From positions 1-44,355 of the IMG/VR virus record IMGVR_UViG_3300010266_000001: 44,355 nt of DNA; one strand, given 5' to 3'. The DNA comes from a virus. The notes under the pieces were generated by a model, which was not told the DNA's origin, made no database searches, and saw only the letters and a list, made by a program, of their open reading frames with translations. Position numbers and translations under genes: made by a program. Below are positions 22,601 to 30,859 of this stretch, one piece after another. The stretch's first letter is position 1; each line of letters begins with the position of its first letter.

Positions 22601-22803
22601 GCGTGGAACCGCTTCGTTGTAAAAATAACCCGGCAAAAATTAAAGCCTATCAATGCCAAATCTGTGACCGGCTTGATGTTGATGATGTATCCGATAAACG
22701 GTTTTGCCGGTGTGGGTATTGGCCGGGGTGTGGTGATCCTGACGGATGCCGTGAAGCGTTCAAGCCGATTGAAGGCAACGGAAGGATTGGTGTTCACCGA
22801 TGA
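22597..22803 (+). CDS. Small Cys-rich protein
   Basis: ATGA overlap with the preceding gene. 68 aa containing CKNN...CQICD...CRCGYWPGCGDPDGC. Confidence 0.5.
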   Translation: MSVEPLRCKNNPAKIKAYQCQICDRLDVDDVSDKRFCRCGYWPGCGDPDGCREAFKPIEGNGRIGVHR

Positions 22804-22931
22804 AGAAAATGCTTGTGGAGCTTTTCTTGACAATGGTTATGATGGCCGTGGCGGAGTATTTCAGCATTGATCCGGCGTGGTTCCTGATCGTCTGGTATCT
22901 TGGGGATAAAATTCATACCCGGAACGCCTAA
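22800..22931 (+). CDS. Small hydrophobic peptide (43 aa; below the ORF-track cutoff)
   Basis: ATGA overlap with the preceding gene. MKKMLVELFLTMVMMAVAEYFSIDPAWFLIVWYLGDKIHTRNA. Confidence 0.4.
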   Translation: MKKMLVELFLTMVMMAVAEYFSIDPAWFLIVWYLGDKIHTRNA

Positions 22932-22954
22932 CCAGCATTTCTTCAGTAGGAGTT

Positions 22955-23229
22955 GGAACAGCGTGTGGAACAGATATGGAACAGATGTTTTTAATATATC
23001 TGTTCCGTTCGGAAACCCTTGCAAATACTGACTTTTTCGCTTGTTTTGAACTTGTGGAACAGATGGAACAGATGTCAATATACTTTTCTTATATAAATAA
23101 AAAAATATATAAGATATGTGTATATAAGCAAATGTCCATTTTATCTGTTCCATCTGTTCCAAAGGCTTGAAAACCCTTGATTTTCAAGGGATTGTCTACG
23201 GAACAGATGTACCCTAAAACGGAACAGAT
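22955..23229. repeat. Iteron module B: ten GGAACAGAT-type 9-mers (seven direct, three inverted), with the central convergent pairs (23056-23073 and 23143-23160) flanking a 69-bp AT-rich core
   Basis: Direct copies at 22955, 22967, 22978, 23056, 23065, 23200 and 23221. Inverted ATCTGTTCC at 22998, 23143 and 23152. AT-rich core at 23074-23142. Hairpin cccttga-ttt-tcaaggg at 23174-23190. Confidence 0.8.
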
Positions 23230-23242
23230 ACCCATAGAAAGG

Positions 23243-23725
23243 ATGTGTTACATAGTGACTGATAAAGAACTTTCCAAACAGGCCAAAGAATATCTTTCCC
23301 AAATTCACAAAACTGATGCCCTGATTCAGCGGCTTACTAATACGGTTGCAACCTTGCGTTCCAGTTTGACTTCCATCGGTTGTGAAATGAACCCGGATAA
23401 GATTCAGACTTCAGGCCTCAAAAACACCCTTGAAGAAAAAATTATTAAGATCGTCAGCCTTGAAGAAGATATTGACCGGCGCATTGATGAACTTATTGCC
23501 TTGAAACAGGAAACTTTCAGAATGATCAAGCGGGTTCCTGATCTTGACCAGCAAAACATTCTGATTGCCCGGTATATCCAAAATCTGAAATGGGATTCGA
23601 TTGCCGGTGAAATGGATCATGAAATTAGGTGGGTGTATAAAACCCACGGGAAAGCCCTGATTGCATTTGCAAACAGTAATGAACAGTTATTGGTTGTAGA
23701 TGAACAGCCCCAAGAAGGTTTATAA
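23243..23725 (+). CDS. Putative late-gene transcriptional regulator (ArpU/RinA/DUF1492-like, sigma region-4-like HTH); start uncertain (23177-23255)
   Basis: The C-terminal QNILIARYIQNLKWDSIAGEMDHEIRWVYKTHGKALIAF resembles the HTH of phage late activators. The gene is positioned immediately upstream of terS. Confidence 0.5.
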   Translation: MCYIVTDKELSKQAKEYLSQIHKTDALIQRLTNTVATLRSSLTSIGCEMNPDKIQTSGLKNTLEEKIIKIVSLEEDIDRRIDELIALKQETFRMIKRVPDLDQQNILIARYIQNLKWDSIAGEMDHEIRWVYKTHGKALIAFANSNEQLLVVDEQPQEGL

Positions 23726-23740
23726 TACAAGCATGAAATT

Positions 23741-23768
23741 GCGCCTACGGGAAACCGGGGCGCTTTTT
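23741..23768 (+). terminator. Rho-independent terminator between the regulator gene and terS
   Basis: gcgcc...ggcgc stem with an inner cgg-gaaa-ccg, followed by ttttt. Confidence 0.65.
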
Positions 23769-23797
23769 CCATACCTGAAGAAAGGCGGTGATCTGTG

Positions 23798-24295
23798 ATG
23801 GCGAAAGGCAAATATGAACAATGGTTGACCGAGGAAGGTTTGCTTCAGCTTGAAGCATGGGCAAGAAACGGCCTGACCGATGAACAGATTGCCGCAAATA
23901 TCGGGATTTGCCGAGATACTTTGATTGAATGGAAAAAGAGGTATCCCGACATTTCCGACACCCTAAAAAGGGGAAAAGATGTAGTTGATATTCAGGTTGA
24001 AAATGCTTTGCTGAAAAGGGCCTTGGGATATACCTACATTGAAACCACCCAAGAACGGGTTGAAGATTATGATCTCCATACCGGCTTGAAAATCGGTTCC
24101 CACATGGAAGTGACAAAGACCGTGACCAAGGAAGTTCAGCCTGATACAACGGCCCAAATCTTCTGGCTGAAGAACCGTAAGCCTGACACTTGGAGAGATA
24201 AGCGGGATGTTGGTATTGAAGGTAATCTGAATACTAATAATCCTTTCGCTGACCTATCCACCGAGGATTTGAAGAAGTTGATTAACCATGATTGA
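23798..24295 (+). CDS. terS: Terminase small subunit
   Basis: HTH LTDEQIAANIGICRDTLIEWKKRYP, and the C-terminal AQIFWLKNRKPDTWRDKRDV typical of TerS proteins. Confidence 0.85.
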   Translation: MAKGKYEQWLTEEGLLQLEAWARNGLTDEQIAANIGICRDTLIEWKKRYPDISDTLKRGKDVVDIQVENALLKRALGYTYIETTQERVEDYDLHTGLKIGSHMEVTKTVTKEVQPDTTAQIFWLKNRKPDTWRDKRDVGIEGNLNTNNPFADLSTEDLKKLINHD

Positions 24296-25691
24296 TCCCG
24301 TTATTGTTCAAGGGGCCAAATGTGAATTGGCAAGGCGTGAGTTTTTCTATTATTGCCAAGTGAAGGCACCAGACTTCTACAAGGAAGATCGGGCCTTTCT
24401 GGTTGATTTCTGTGAACAGCTTCAGGATTTCTATTATTCTGATGATAAGGTTCTTGTGGTCAATCTTCCACCCCGGCATGGAAAGTCAAGAACCATCGGT
24501 TGTTTCGTTGAATGGGTTTTGGGCAAGAATCAGGCTGAAAAAATTATGACCGGTTCTTACAACGAAACCCTTTCCACCACATTTTCAAAGGGTGTCAGAA
24601 ACACCATTTCTGAAGTTAAGGCCGATAAAAACAAAATCGTTTATAGTGACATTTTCCCCGGCGTTGAAATCAAGCGGGGTGATGGCGCTATGAATATGTG
24701 GAGCCTGACCACAGGTTACAACAACTATTTGGCAACTTCCCCCACCGGCACAGCCACAGGCTTTGGCGCTTCCATCATGATTATTGATGATCTGATCAAA
24801 TCGGCAATGGAAGCGAATAACGCCAATACCCTTGAACAGCATTGGACTTGGTTCACCGATACAATGCTTTCCCGCTTGGAAGAAGGCGGGAAAATCATCA
24901 TTGTTATGACACGATGGCACAGCCTTGATTTGGCCGGTAGAATTATTGACCACTACAAGAGCAAGGGCCAACCGGCGAAAACCGTTATTTATAAGGCGGT
25001 TCAGGATGATGGTTCTATGCTTTGCCCGGAAATTCTGTCCAAAGAAAGTTATGAAGAAAAAACCCAACTGATGGGATTGGACATTGCTTCCGCCAACTAC
25101 CAGCAACAGCCCATTGACATTAAAGGGCGGCTTTATACCAGCTTCAAGACCTATTCCGAGCTTCCCAAGGACGCCAATGGGAAGCTGGTGTTCAGTAAAA
25201 TTCAGAACTATACCGATACAGCAGACACCGGTGATGATTACCTTTGTAGTATCAACTACGGTGTGTATAACGGTGAAGCCTATGTTCTGGATGTGCTTTA
25301 TACCAAAGAGGGTATGGAGATTACCGAACCGGCCACAGCCAAAATGCTTTATGATGGCAAGGTGAATGTGGCTGATATTGAAAGCAACAATGGCGGCAGA
25401 GGGTTCAGCCGAAATGTTGAACGGGAACTTCGGGAAAGGTATCAATCTACCCGGTGCATTATGCGGCCTTTCCATCAATCTGAAAACAAGATTGCCCGTA
25501 TTCTTTCAAACAGCACTTGGATCATGAATCACCTTTATTTCCCGGTAAACTGGAAGGATCGCTGGCCTGACTACTATGAAGCAATGAACCGTTACCAAAA
25601 AGAAGGCAAAAACGCTCATGACGATGCCCCGGACGCAACCACCGGCATTGCTGAAAAAGTGGGCGGTGGCCCGGTATTTAGCTTCGATTAA
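24288..25691 (+). CDS. terL: Terminase large subunit
   Basis: Walker A LPPRHGKSRT, Walker B IMIIDDL, coupling motif MTRWH, and a C-terminal nuclease region containing DDAPDA. Confidence 0.95.
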   Translation: MIDPVIVQGAKCELARREFFYYCQVKAPDFYKEDRAFLVDFCEQLQDFYYSDDKVLVVNLPPRHGKSRTIGCFVEWVLGKNQAEKIMTGSYNETLSTTFSKGVRNTISEVKADKNKIVYSDIFPGVEIKRGDGAMNMWSLTTGYNNYLATSPTGTATGFGASIMIIDDLIKSAMEANNANTLEQHWTWFTDTMLSRLEEGGKIIIVMTRWHSLDLAGRIIDHYKSKGQPAKTVIYKAVQDDGSMLCPEILSKESYEEKTQLMGLDIASANYQQQPIDIKGRLYTSFKTYSELPKDANGKLVFSKIQNYTDTADTGDDYLCSINYGVYNGEAYVLDVLYTKEGMEITEPATAKMLYDGKVNVADIESNNGGRGFSRNVERELRERYQSTRCIMRPFHQSENKIARILSNSTWIMNHLYFPVNWKDRWPDYYEAMNRYQKEGKNAHDDAPDATTGIAEKVGGGPVFSFD

Positions 25692-25778
25692 AAACAGGAT
25701 AGTAACAAATTGCCCCGGAAACCTTGTGTTTCCGGGTGCTTGCGTATATTCAGCAATAAAGAAAGGCGGTGAAGCCCG

Positions 25779-25967
25779 GTGTTTGAGCAACAGCATATCT
25801 TGAACAAGATTGAACAATGGGCTGAACGCCTACCCTATAAAACCCTGAAGATTGAAGTGGAACTTCCCAATCAATCATTGGTTTTGGAGAAGTCAAAGAA
25901 CAGGCCGGTGGGCTTTGCCCCCCCCCGATGGAGAAAGGAAAGGGTGATTGAATATGTTTTTGAATGA
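25779..25967 (+). CDS. Small hypothetical protein (GTG start)
   Basis: RBS aaaggcggtga. 62 aa. Overlaps the portal start by 14 nt. Confidence 0.4.
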   Translation: MFEQQHILNKIEQWAERLPYKTLKIEVELPNQSLVLEKSKNRPVGFAPPRWRKERVIEYVFE

Positions 25968-27438
25968 TGCAATGGAGCGTATCAACCGCCTGATCATTCA
26001 GGGTGGGCGAACCGGCATGACGGAACTTCAGTTCTTCGCCGCTGAAATCAAGGAATGGAAGGACAGCCCCCGGCGCAAGGATCAGTTGCGTGGTGATCTG
26101 TACTATGAAGGACAGCATGACATTCTGAACCGCCAAAGAACCATTATTGGCGCAGATGGCAAACTTCAGGTTGTGACCAATCTTCCGAACAACCGCCTGA
26201 TTGATAATCAATATGCCCTGATGGTGGATCAGAAAACCAACTACCTTGTGGGTAAGCCTTTCACCCTGAATTGTCAGGATAAGGGCTATACTGACGCTTT
26301 GGGCAAGGTTTTCAATAAACGGTTCTACCGCCTGTTGAAGTATGTGTGTGAAGATGCCCTGAACGGGGGCCTTGGCTGGATTTACCCCTATTATACGGAT
26401 GCCGGGGAACTGGCCTTCAAGCATTTTCCCGCCTATGACATTCTTCCTTTTTGGGCTGACGATGATCACACCATCCTTGATTGTGCGGTTCGCTACTACA
26501 CCCAAGAGGTTTGGAACGGGTATCAAAAAGAAACCGTGGAGAAAGCCGAAATCTTCAAGCCTGATGGCATTTACCGGTATATCTATCAAAATGATATGCT
26601 GATTGCCGATGTGGAAGCCGGTGAACATGAAAACTATTTCATGGTTGAGGAAGAAGGGCAAGAACCCACGGGGTTCAACTGGACAAGGATTCCGCTGATC
26701 CCGTTCAAGTACAATAAGCAGGAAATCCCCCTGATCCGCCGTGTGAAAACCCTTCAGGACGGGATCAACACCATGATTTCCGACTTTGAAAACAATATGC
26801 AAGAGGACGCAAGGAACACCATCTTGGTTTTGAAGAACTATGACGGTGAAAACCTTGGTGAGTTTCGCCACAACCTTTCCACCTATGGAGCCGTGAAGGT
26901 TCGTGAGGATGGCGGGGTTGAAACCCTTCAGGTTGAAATCAATGCAGAGAACTACAAGGGCATTTTGGAACTTCTGAAGAAGTCCTTGATTGAAAATGCC
27001 CGTGGTTACGATGCCAAGGATGATCGTTTGAGTGGCAACCCCAATCAAATGAACATTCAATCCATGTATTCTGACATTGACCTTGACGCAAACGGCATGG
27101 AAACCGAGTTCCAAGCGGCCTTTGAAGAACTGCTGTGGTTCATCAATCAGGACTTCAGCAACCGGGGCCTTGGCGATTATGAAGGCGCTGATCTTCAGAT
27201 CGTGTTCAACCGTGACATTCTGATCAACGAAACAGAATCCATTGATAACTGTTCCAAATCCGTTGGTATTCTGTCCAATGAAACCATTGTGGAACAGCAC
27301 CCGTGGGTTACGGATGTTGAAGTGGAGCTGGCCCGGTTGCAGAAGGAAAAGGAAGAAGCCTTGGCACAGGCGCAGGAATACGCCGGTGCTTTCCAAACCG
27401 GCAATCAGAACAACGGTAATAATGGTGGGGGCGAATAA
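25954..27438 (+). CDS. Portal protein (SPP1 gp6-like)
   Basis: RBS gaaaggaaagg. About 495 aa located directly after terL. N-terminal ...EIKEWKDSPRRKDQLRGDLYYEGQHDIL and an acidic C-terminus. Confidence 0.85.
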   Translation: MFLNDAMERINRLIIQGGRTGMTELQFFAAEIKEWKDSPRRKDQLRGDLYYEGQHDILNRQRTIIGADGKLQVVTNLPNNRLIDNQYALMVDQKTNYLVGKPFTLNCQDKGYTDALGKVFNKRFYRLLKYVCEDALNGGLGWIYPYYTDAGELAFKHFPAYDILPFWADDDHTILDCAVRYYTQEVWNGYQKETVEKAEIFKPDGIYRYIYQNDMLIADVEAGEHENYFMVEEEGQEPTGFNWTRIPLIPFKYNKQEIPLIRRVKTLQDGINTMISDFENNMQEDARNTILVLKNYDGENLGEFRHNLSTYGAVKVREDGGVETLQVEINAENYKGILELLKKSLIENARGYDAKDDRLSGNPNQMNIQSMYSDIDLDANGMETEFQAAFEELLWFINQDFSNRGLGDYEGADLQIVFNRDILINETESIDNCSKSVGILSNETIVEQHPWVTDVEVELARLQKEKEEALAQAQEYAGAFQTGNQNNGNNGGGE

Positions 27439-27540
27439 CCCCCGCCGTTTCACAATATATGCCGGGGCAGACATTGAGTGTGGCGGGGTGCTATTACTCC
27501 TACCCGCCAAAGGGTGAAATTCCCTTCCCCGGCCCATTAT

Positions 27541-27615
27541 GGCCCGTTAGTCAAGTGGTTAAGACACCGCCCTTTCACGGCGGTAACGCCGGTTCAACCC
27601 CGGCACGGGCTACCA
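27541..27615 (+). tRNA. tRNA-Glu (anticodon TTC), CCA encoded
   Basis: Acceptor ggcccgt/acgggct. Anticodon arm ccgcc-ctttcac-ggcgg, which as far as I recall is the same as the E. coli tRNA-Glu anticodon arm (from memory, not checked). T arm gccgg-ttcaacc-ccggc. Ends with a discriminator A and CCA. Confidence 0.9.
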
Positions 27616-27767
27616 GTGGCCGGTTCGCTACCGGCTGATGTGTGAGATTATCGGCTTACCACACAAAGAATGATAATGCCTGTTGAAAACTGCTTGCGTA
27701 CCATCCGAGGTTCTATGTGAACCTTGGGCGCAAGTGTGACAATCTAAACGGGAAGCCGACCAAATAA

Positions 27768-27853
27768 GCTGAAGTGCATGGAACAGGCAGACAGGGCGGA
27801 TTCAAAATCCGTTGCCGCAAGGCGTGTGGGTTCAAATCTCACCTTCAGCACCA
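27768..27853 (+). tRNA. tRNA-Leu (anticodon CAA), class II with long variable arm, CCA encoded
   Basis: Acceptor gctgaag/cttcagc. Anticodon arm gcgga-ttcaaaa-tccgt. Variable arm tgccgcaaggcgt. T arm gtggg-ttcaaat-ctcac. Confidence 0.8.
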
Positions 27854-27878
27854 CTTTTCAGGATTGGAGGATTAGCCC

Positions 27879-29867
27879 ATGAACAATGCGGATTATTGGC
27901 GGGGCCGGTTTTCCATCTTGGAGGACAGCGCCCATAGAGAAGCCCAGCAAACCATTCAGGCCATGGAAGAAATGTATCTGGATGCACAGCGTTCAGTTCA
28001 GAAGGAAATTGAAAGCTGGTATGCCCGGTTTGCGGACAACAACCAAATCAGCCTGACCGATGCCCGGAAATGGCTGACCGCTGGACAGCTTGAAGAATTT
28101 CATTGGACAGTTGAACAGTATATCAAGATTGGTGAACAGGCCGGGTTGGATGCGGCGTGGCTGAAGAAGCTGGAAAACGCTTCCGCCCGGTTCCATATTT
28201 CCCGCCTTGAAGCTGTTCAGATGGGTATTCAGCAACAACTTGAATTGCTTTACGGCAATCAGGTTGACAGTTTGGATGCCCTGTTGAAGAAGGTTGTGGG
28301 TAACGGGTACACCCACACGGCCTTTGAGGTTCAGAAAGGCGTGGGCCTTGGGTGGGATATTACCGCCCTGAATCAGAAGAAACTTGAAACCTTGCTTTCA
28401 AAACCGTGGACAACTGACGGACGAACCTTCCGGGATCGCTGTTGGCTGAACAAGAATGATCTGGTGGGTTCCGTCAGCAAGAGCCTAACCCAAGGGCTTC
28501 TTCGGGGTGATTCCCCGGCCAAGATTACCACGGCCATTCAGAAGCAGTTTGGGGTTCACCGTTACAAGGCTGGACGGCTGGTGAATACGGAAACCACCTA
28601 TTTCAACGCCGTTGCCACCAAAGAGAGTTACAAAGATTTGGGCGTGGAAATGGTGGAAATCATTGAAACGCTTGATTCCCACACCTGTTCCATTTGTGGT
28701 GGCCTTGATGGGAAGGTGATTCCTATTGCCCAATATGAACCCGGCGTGACTGTGCCGCCCTTCCACCCGAATTGCAGAGGAACAACGGCCCCGGCCATTG
28801 ATCCCAAGTATGCCGGTGAGAGAGCCGCCCGGAATGAGGATGGCAAGGTTTACTATGTACCCGCAAACATGAAATATGCTGATTGGGTTCAGACCTTCGT
28901 GAATGGTGGTTCCAAGGGTGGCTTGACCGCCGCAACCGGGGCCGCTATAATGAAGGCAAAACGGGCGCTGGAAACCCTGAAGCCTGAAATGTTCCCGGAA
29001 TATCTGACCGATAAGAAGGAGCTGAAGAACACCAAAACCCTGATGGAGTATGTTAACGGGTGTGAAAATGCTGATCCTGATGTGGTGGCCCTTTATGCCA
29101 AGATGGGCGATATGGAGAATATCAGGGCCAATGGAATCCCTATGAAGGTTTCCCACGGGAAAAATCATGCGGTCAATTATCGCTATTACACCCGGAATGA
29201 TCAGCTTGCGGAAACTGAATTGATTATTCCAAAGCTGGCCGGTGATGATTTGACCGGTCAAGTGGTGACAACGCTTCATGAGGAAATGCACCTGATGGAT
29301 ATGTTCAACCGGGCAGACCCGGCCAAATATTCCGGTTGGTTCAGTTCCAGCAATGCAAAGTTGAGTACCTTTTTTCAAAAAACCAGCACCGACATTGCAG
29401 ATGATATTGATTCCCTTTTTGAAGCCTTCGACAAGGAATGTGAGCGTATTGCGGCGGAAATCAATGCGGAGTTGAGAAACACCACTTCTGCCTTGAATGA
29501 TCAATACTATGCGAGGGCCATTTCCTATGCAGACTACAAAAAAGAGTTCAATAGACTGAAACGGGAAGCAAGTGAACAAATTGATTACCAGTGCCGAAAC
29601 GCTATGGGCGGCGGTATCAGTTCCCTTGAAGATATTTATGATGCCCTTTCCGGTGGTTCTGCCCGTGATGCTGGTGTTGTGAGATACGGCCACGGTTCCC
29701 AATATTACCGTGATGTTGGGAAGCGTTCTGAAGAAACCCTTGCCAATTACGGTGCCTTGGCGATTGTCCGCCCTGATTTGGTGGATATGCTACGCAAAGA
29801 CAAGCCGGAATTGGTGGAAGCCTTGGAAGAAGTCATTCAGGAAATGTTGAAGAAAGTGGGTGGTTAA
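27879..29867 (+). CDS. Head morphogenesis protein (SPP1 gp7 / Mu F family) with a ~330-aa C-terminal HExxH domain
   Basis: The MuF region is TLDSHTCSICGGLDGKVIPIAQYEPGVTVPPFHPNCRGTTAP. C-terminal LHEEMHLMD (HEEMH at 29277-29291) and a distal SEETLANYGALAI. Confidence 0.85.
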   Translation: MNNADYWRGRFSILEDSAHREAQQTIQAMEEMYLDAQRSVQKEIESWYARFADNNQISLTDARKWLTAGQLEEFHWTVEQYIKIGEQAGLDAAWLKKLENASARFHISRLEAVQMGIQQQLELLYGNQVDSLDALLKKVVGNGYTHTAFEVQKGVGLGWDITALNQKKLETLLSKPWTTDGRTFRDRCWLNKNDLVGSVSKSLTQGLLRGDSPAKITTAIQKQFGVHRYKAGRLVNTETTYFNAVATKESYKDLGVEMVEIIETLDSHTCSICGGLDGKVIPIAQYEPGVTVPPFHPNCRGTTAPAIDPKYAGERAARNEDGKVYYVPANMKYADWVQTFVNGGSKGGLTAATGAAIMKAKRALETLKPEMFPEYLTDKKELKNTKTLMEYVNGCENADPDVVALYAKMGDMENIRANGIPMKVSHGKNHAVNYRYYTRNDQLAETELIIPKLAGDDLTGQVVTTLHEEMHLMDMFNRADPAKYSGWFSSSNAKLSTFFQKTSTDIADDIDSLFEAFDKECERIAAEINAELRNTTSALNDQYYARAISYADYKKEFNRLKREASEQIDYQCRNAMGGGISSLEDIYDALSGGSARDAGVVRYGHGSQYYRDVGKRSEETLANYGALAIVRPDLVDMLRKDKPELVEALEEVIQEMLKKVGG

Positions 29868-30080
29868 GTGGATCAGGAAAAAAAGCTGATGAAGGTTCAT
29901 CAACTTCTTACTGAAGTTTCTGATGTGCTGGTGGATCGCTTCTTTGATCTGGACAGCGAAAACCTTCTTGATGAAAAAATTGAAGTGCTAACCGCCCTGA
30001 AGAATGGCAAAAAGCCTGAAGAAATTCCAAAGTATTACACTATTCTTGAAAATTTCACACCTGATCAGCATTGGGATTGA
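29868..30080 (+). CDS. Small acidic protein immediately downstream of the MuF-HExxH gene (candidate immunity/inhibitor)
   Basis: The GTG start abuts the MuF stop. 70 aa: MDQEKKLMKVHQLLTEVSDVLVDRFFDLDSENLLDEKIEVL... Confidence 0.5.
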   Translation: MDQEKKLMKVHQLLTEVSDVLVDRFFDLDSENLLDEKIEVLTALKNGKKPEEIPKYYTILENFTPDQHWD

Positions 30081-30100
30081 ACCCTATATTGATGATTTGA

Positions 30101-30132
30101 CCACCCCGGCCCTTGGCCGGTGGTGGTTTTTT
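30101..30132 (+). terminator. Rho-independent terminator inside the head operon
   Basis: ccaccccggcc / ggccggtggtgg stem (one bulge) followed by tttttt. Confidence 0.7.
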
Positions 30133-30229
30133 CATACCATTTTCGCCGTTTCCCGGTGGTGGGCGGTAAACAGAACCGTGGAAAATCGTGGTTCCTAACC
30201 CACGGAAAAAAAGGATGGAGGTATTAACA

Positions 30230-30859
30230 ATGACGAAAGAAAAGCTGATGGAATGGGGCCTGACTGAAGAACAGGCCAATAAGGTTATGGAGGGCCTGAA
30301 CGGTTCTTTCGTGACCAAGGCCCGGTTCAATGAGGTCAACACCGAACTGACCGCCGCCAAGAACACCATTAAGGAGCGTGACACCCAGCTTGAAACGCTG
30401 AAGAAGGCTTCTGGTGATACCAAGGCGCTTCAGGATCAGATTACCCAGCTTCAGGCCGACAACAAGAAGAAGGACGAGGATCACGCCGCTGAACTGAAAA
30501 ATCTGAAAATCAGCAATGCGGTTGAACTGGCCCTGACCGGAGCCAAGGCAAAGAACAACACCGCTGTCAAGGCGCTGTTGGCTGACTTTATCGGAAAGGC
30601 AGAATTGGCGGAGGATGGAACCGTCAAGGGCCTTGATGATGAAGTGAAGAAGCTGGTGGAAGGCAAGGACACGGCTTTTCTTTTTGAGAAGTCCACCGGC
30701 ACCAAGTTCAAGGGTGCAAAATCCGCTGAAAAGGGTGATGGTGGTGATGGTTCTGGCATGACGCTTGAAAAGCTGAAGGCCATGAACCCCTTGGATCGCT
30801 ATAATTTCTCCGTCAACCATCCTGACGAATACAAAGAACTTTATGGAGGTAATGAGTAA
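30230..30859 (+). CDS. Scaffolding protein
   Basis: RBS ggatggagg. Helical and charged: ...ARFNEVNTELTAAKNTIKERDTQLETLKKASGDTKALQDQITQLQ... Located immediately upstream of the capsid gene. Confidence 0.8.
   Translation: MTKEKLMEWGLTEEQANKVMEGLNGSFVTKARFNEVNTELTAAKNTIKERDTQLETLKKASGDTKALQDQITQLQADNKKKDEDHAAELKNLKISNAVELALTGAKAKNNTAVKALLADFIGKAELAEDGTVKGLDDEVKKLVEGKDTAFLFEKSTGTKFKGAKSAEKGDGGDGSGMTLEKLKAMNPLDRYNFSVNHPDEYKELYGGNE

Noticed and set aside
22794-23170. ORFs 22794..23162 (-) and 22976..23170 (+) with MEQMEQ repeats
   Set aside because: They are translation artefacts of the GGAACAGAT iterons and the AT-rich core. They have no RBS and overlap on both strands.
22955-23229. Repeat array considered as a CRISPR locus
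   Set aside because: The repeat unit is only 9 bp and occurs in both orientations. The spacers are irregular, ranging from 0 to 69 bp. There are no cas genes.
25750-27537. 595-aa minus-strand ORF, and similar long antisense ORFs (13782..14870, 16948..17970, 28485..29702, 33705..34892, 38289..40097, 40709..42067, 42538..44304)
   Set aside because: Each lies entirely antisense to a plus-strand gene with a recognisable phage family. They have Gly/His/Arg/Val-rich shadow-frame composition and no RBS or family motifs.
27616-27640. T-arm-like gccgg-ttcgcta-ccggc after tRNA-Glu considered as part of a third tRNA
   Set aside because: No acceptor, D or anticodon arms can be built around it, and the loop lacks the conserved A58 position.
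27768-27853. Second tRNA considered as a suppressor or Sec tRNA because of the ttcaaaa loop
   Set aside because: With a 5-bp anticodon stem (gcgga/tccgt), positions 34-36 read CAA (Leu). TCA would need a non-standard loop register.
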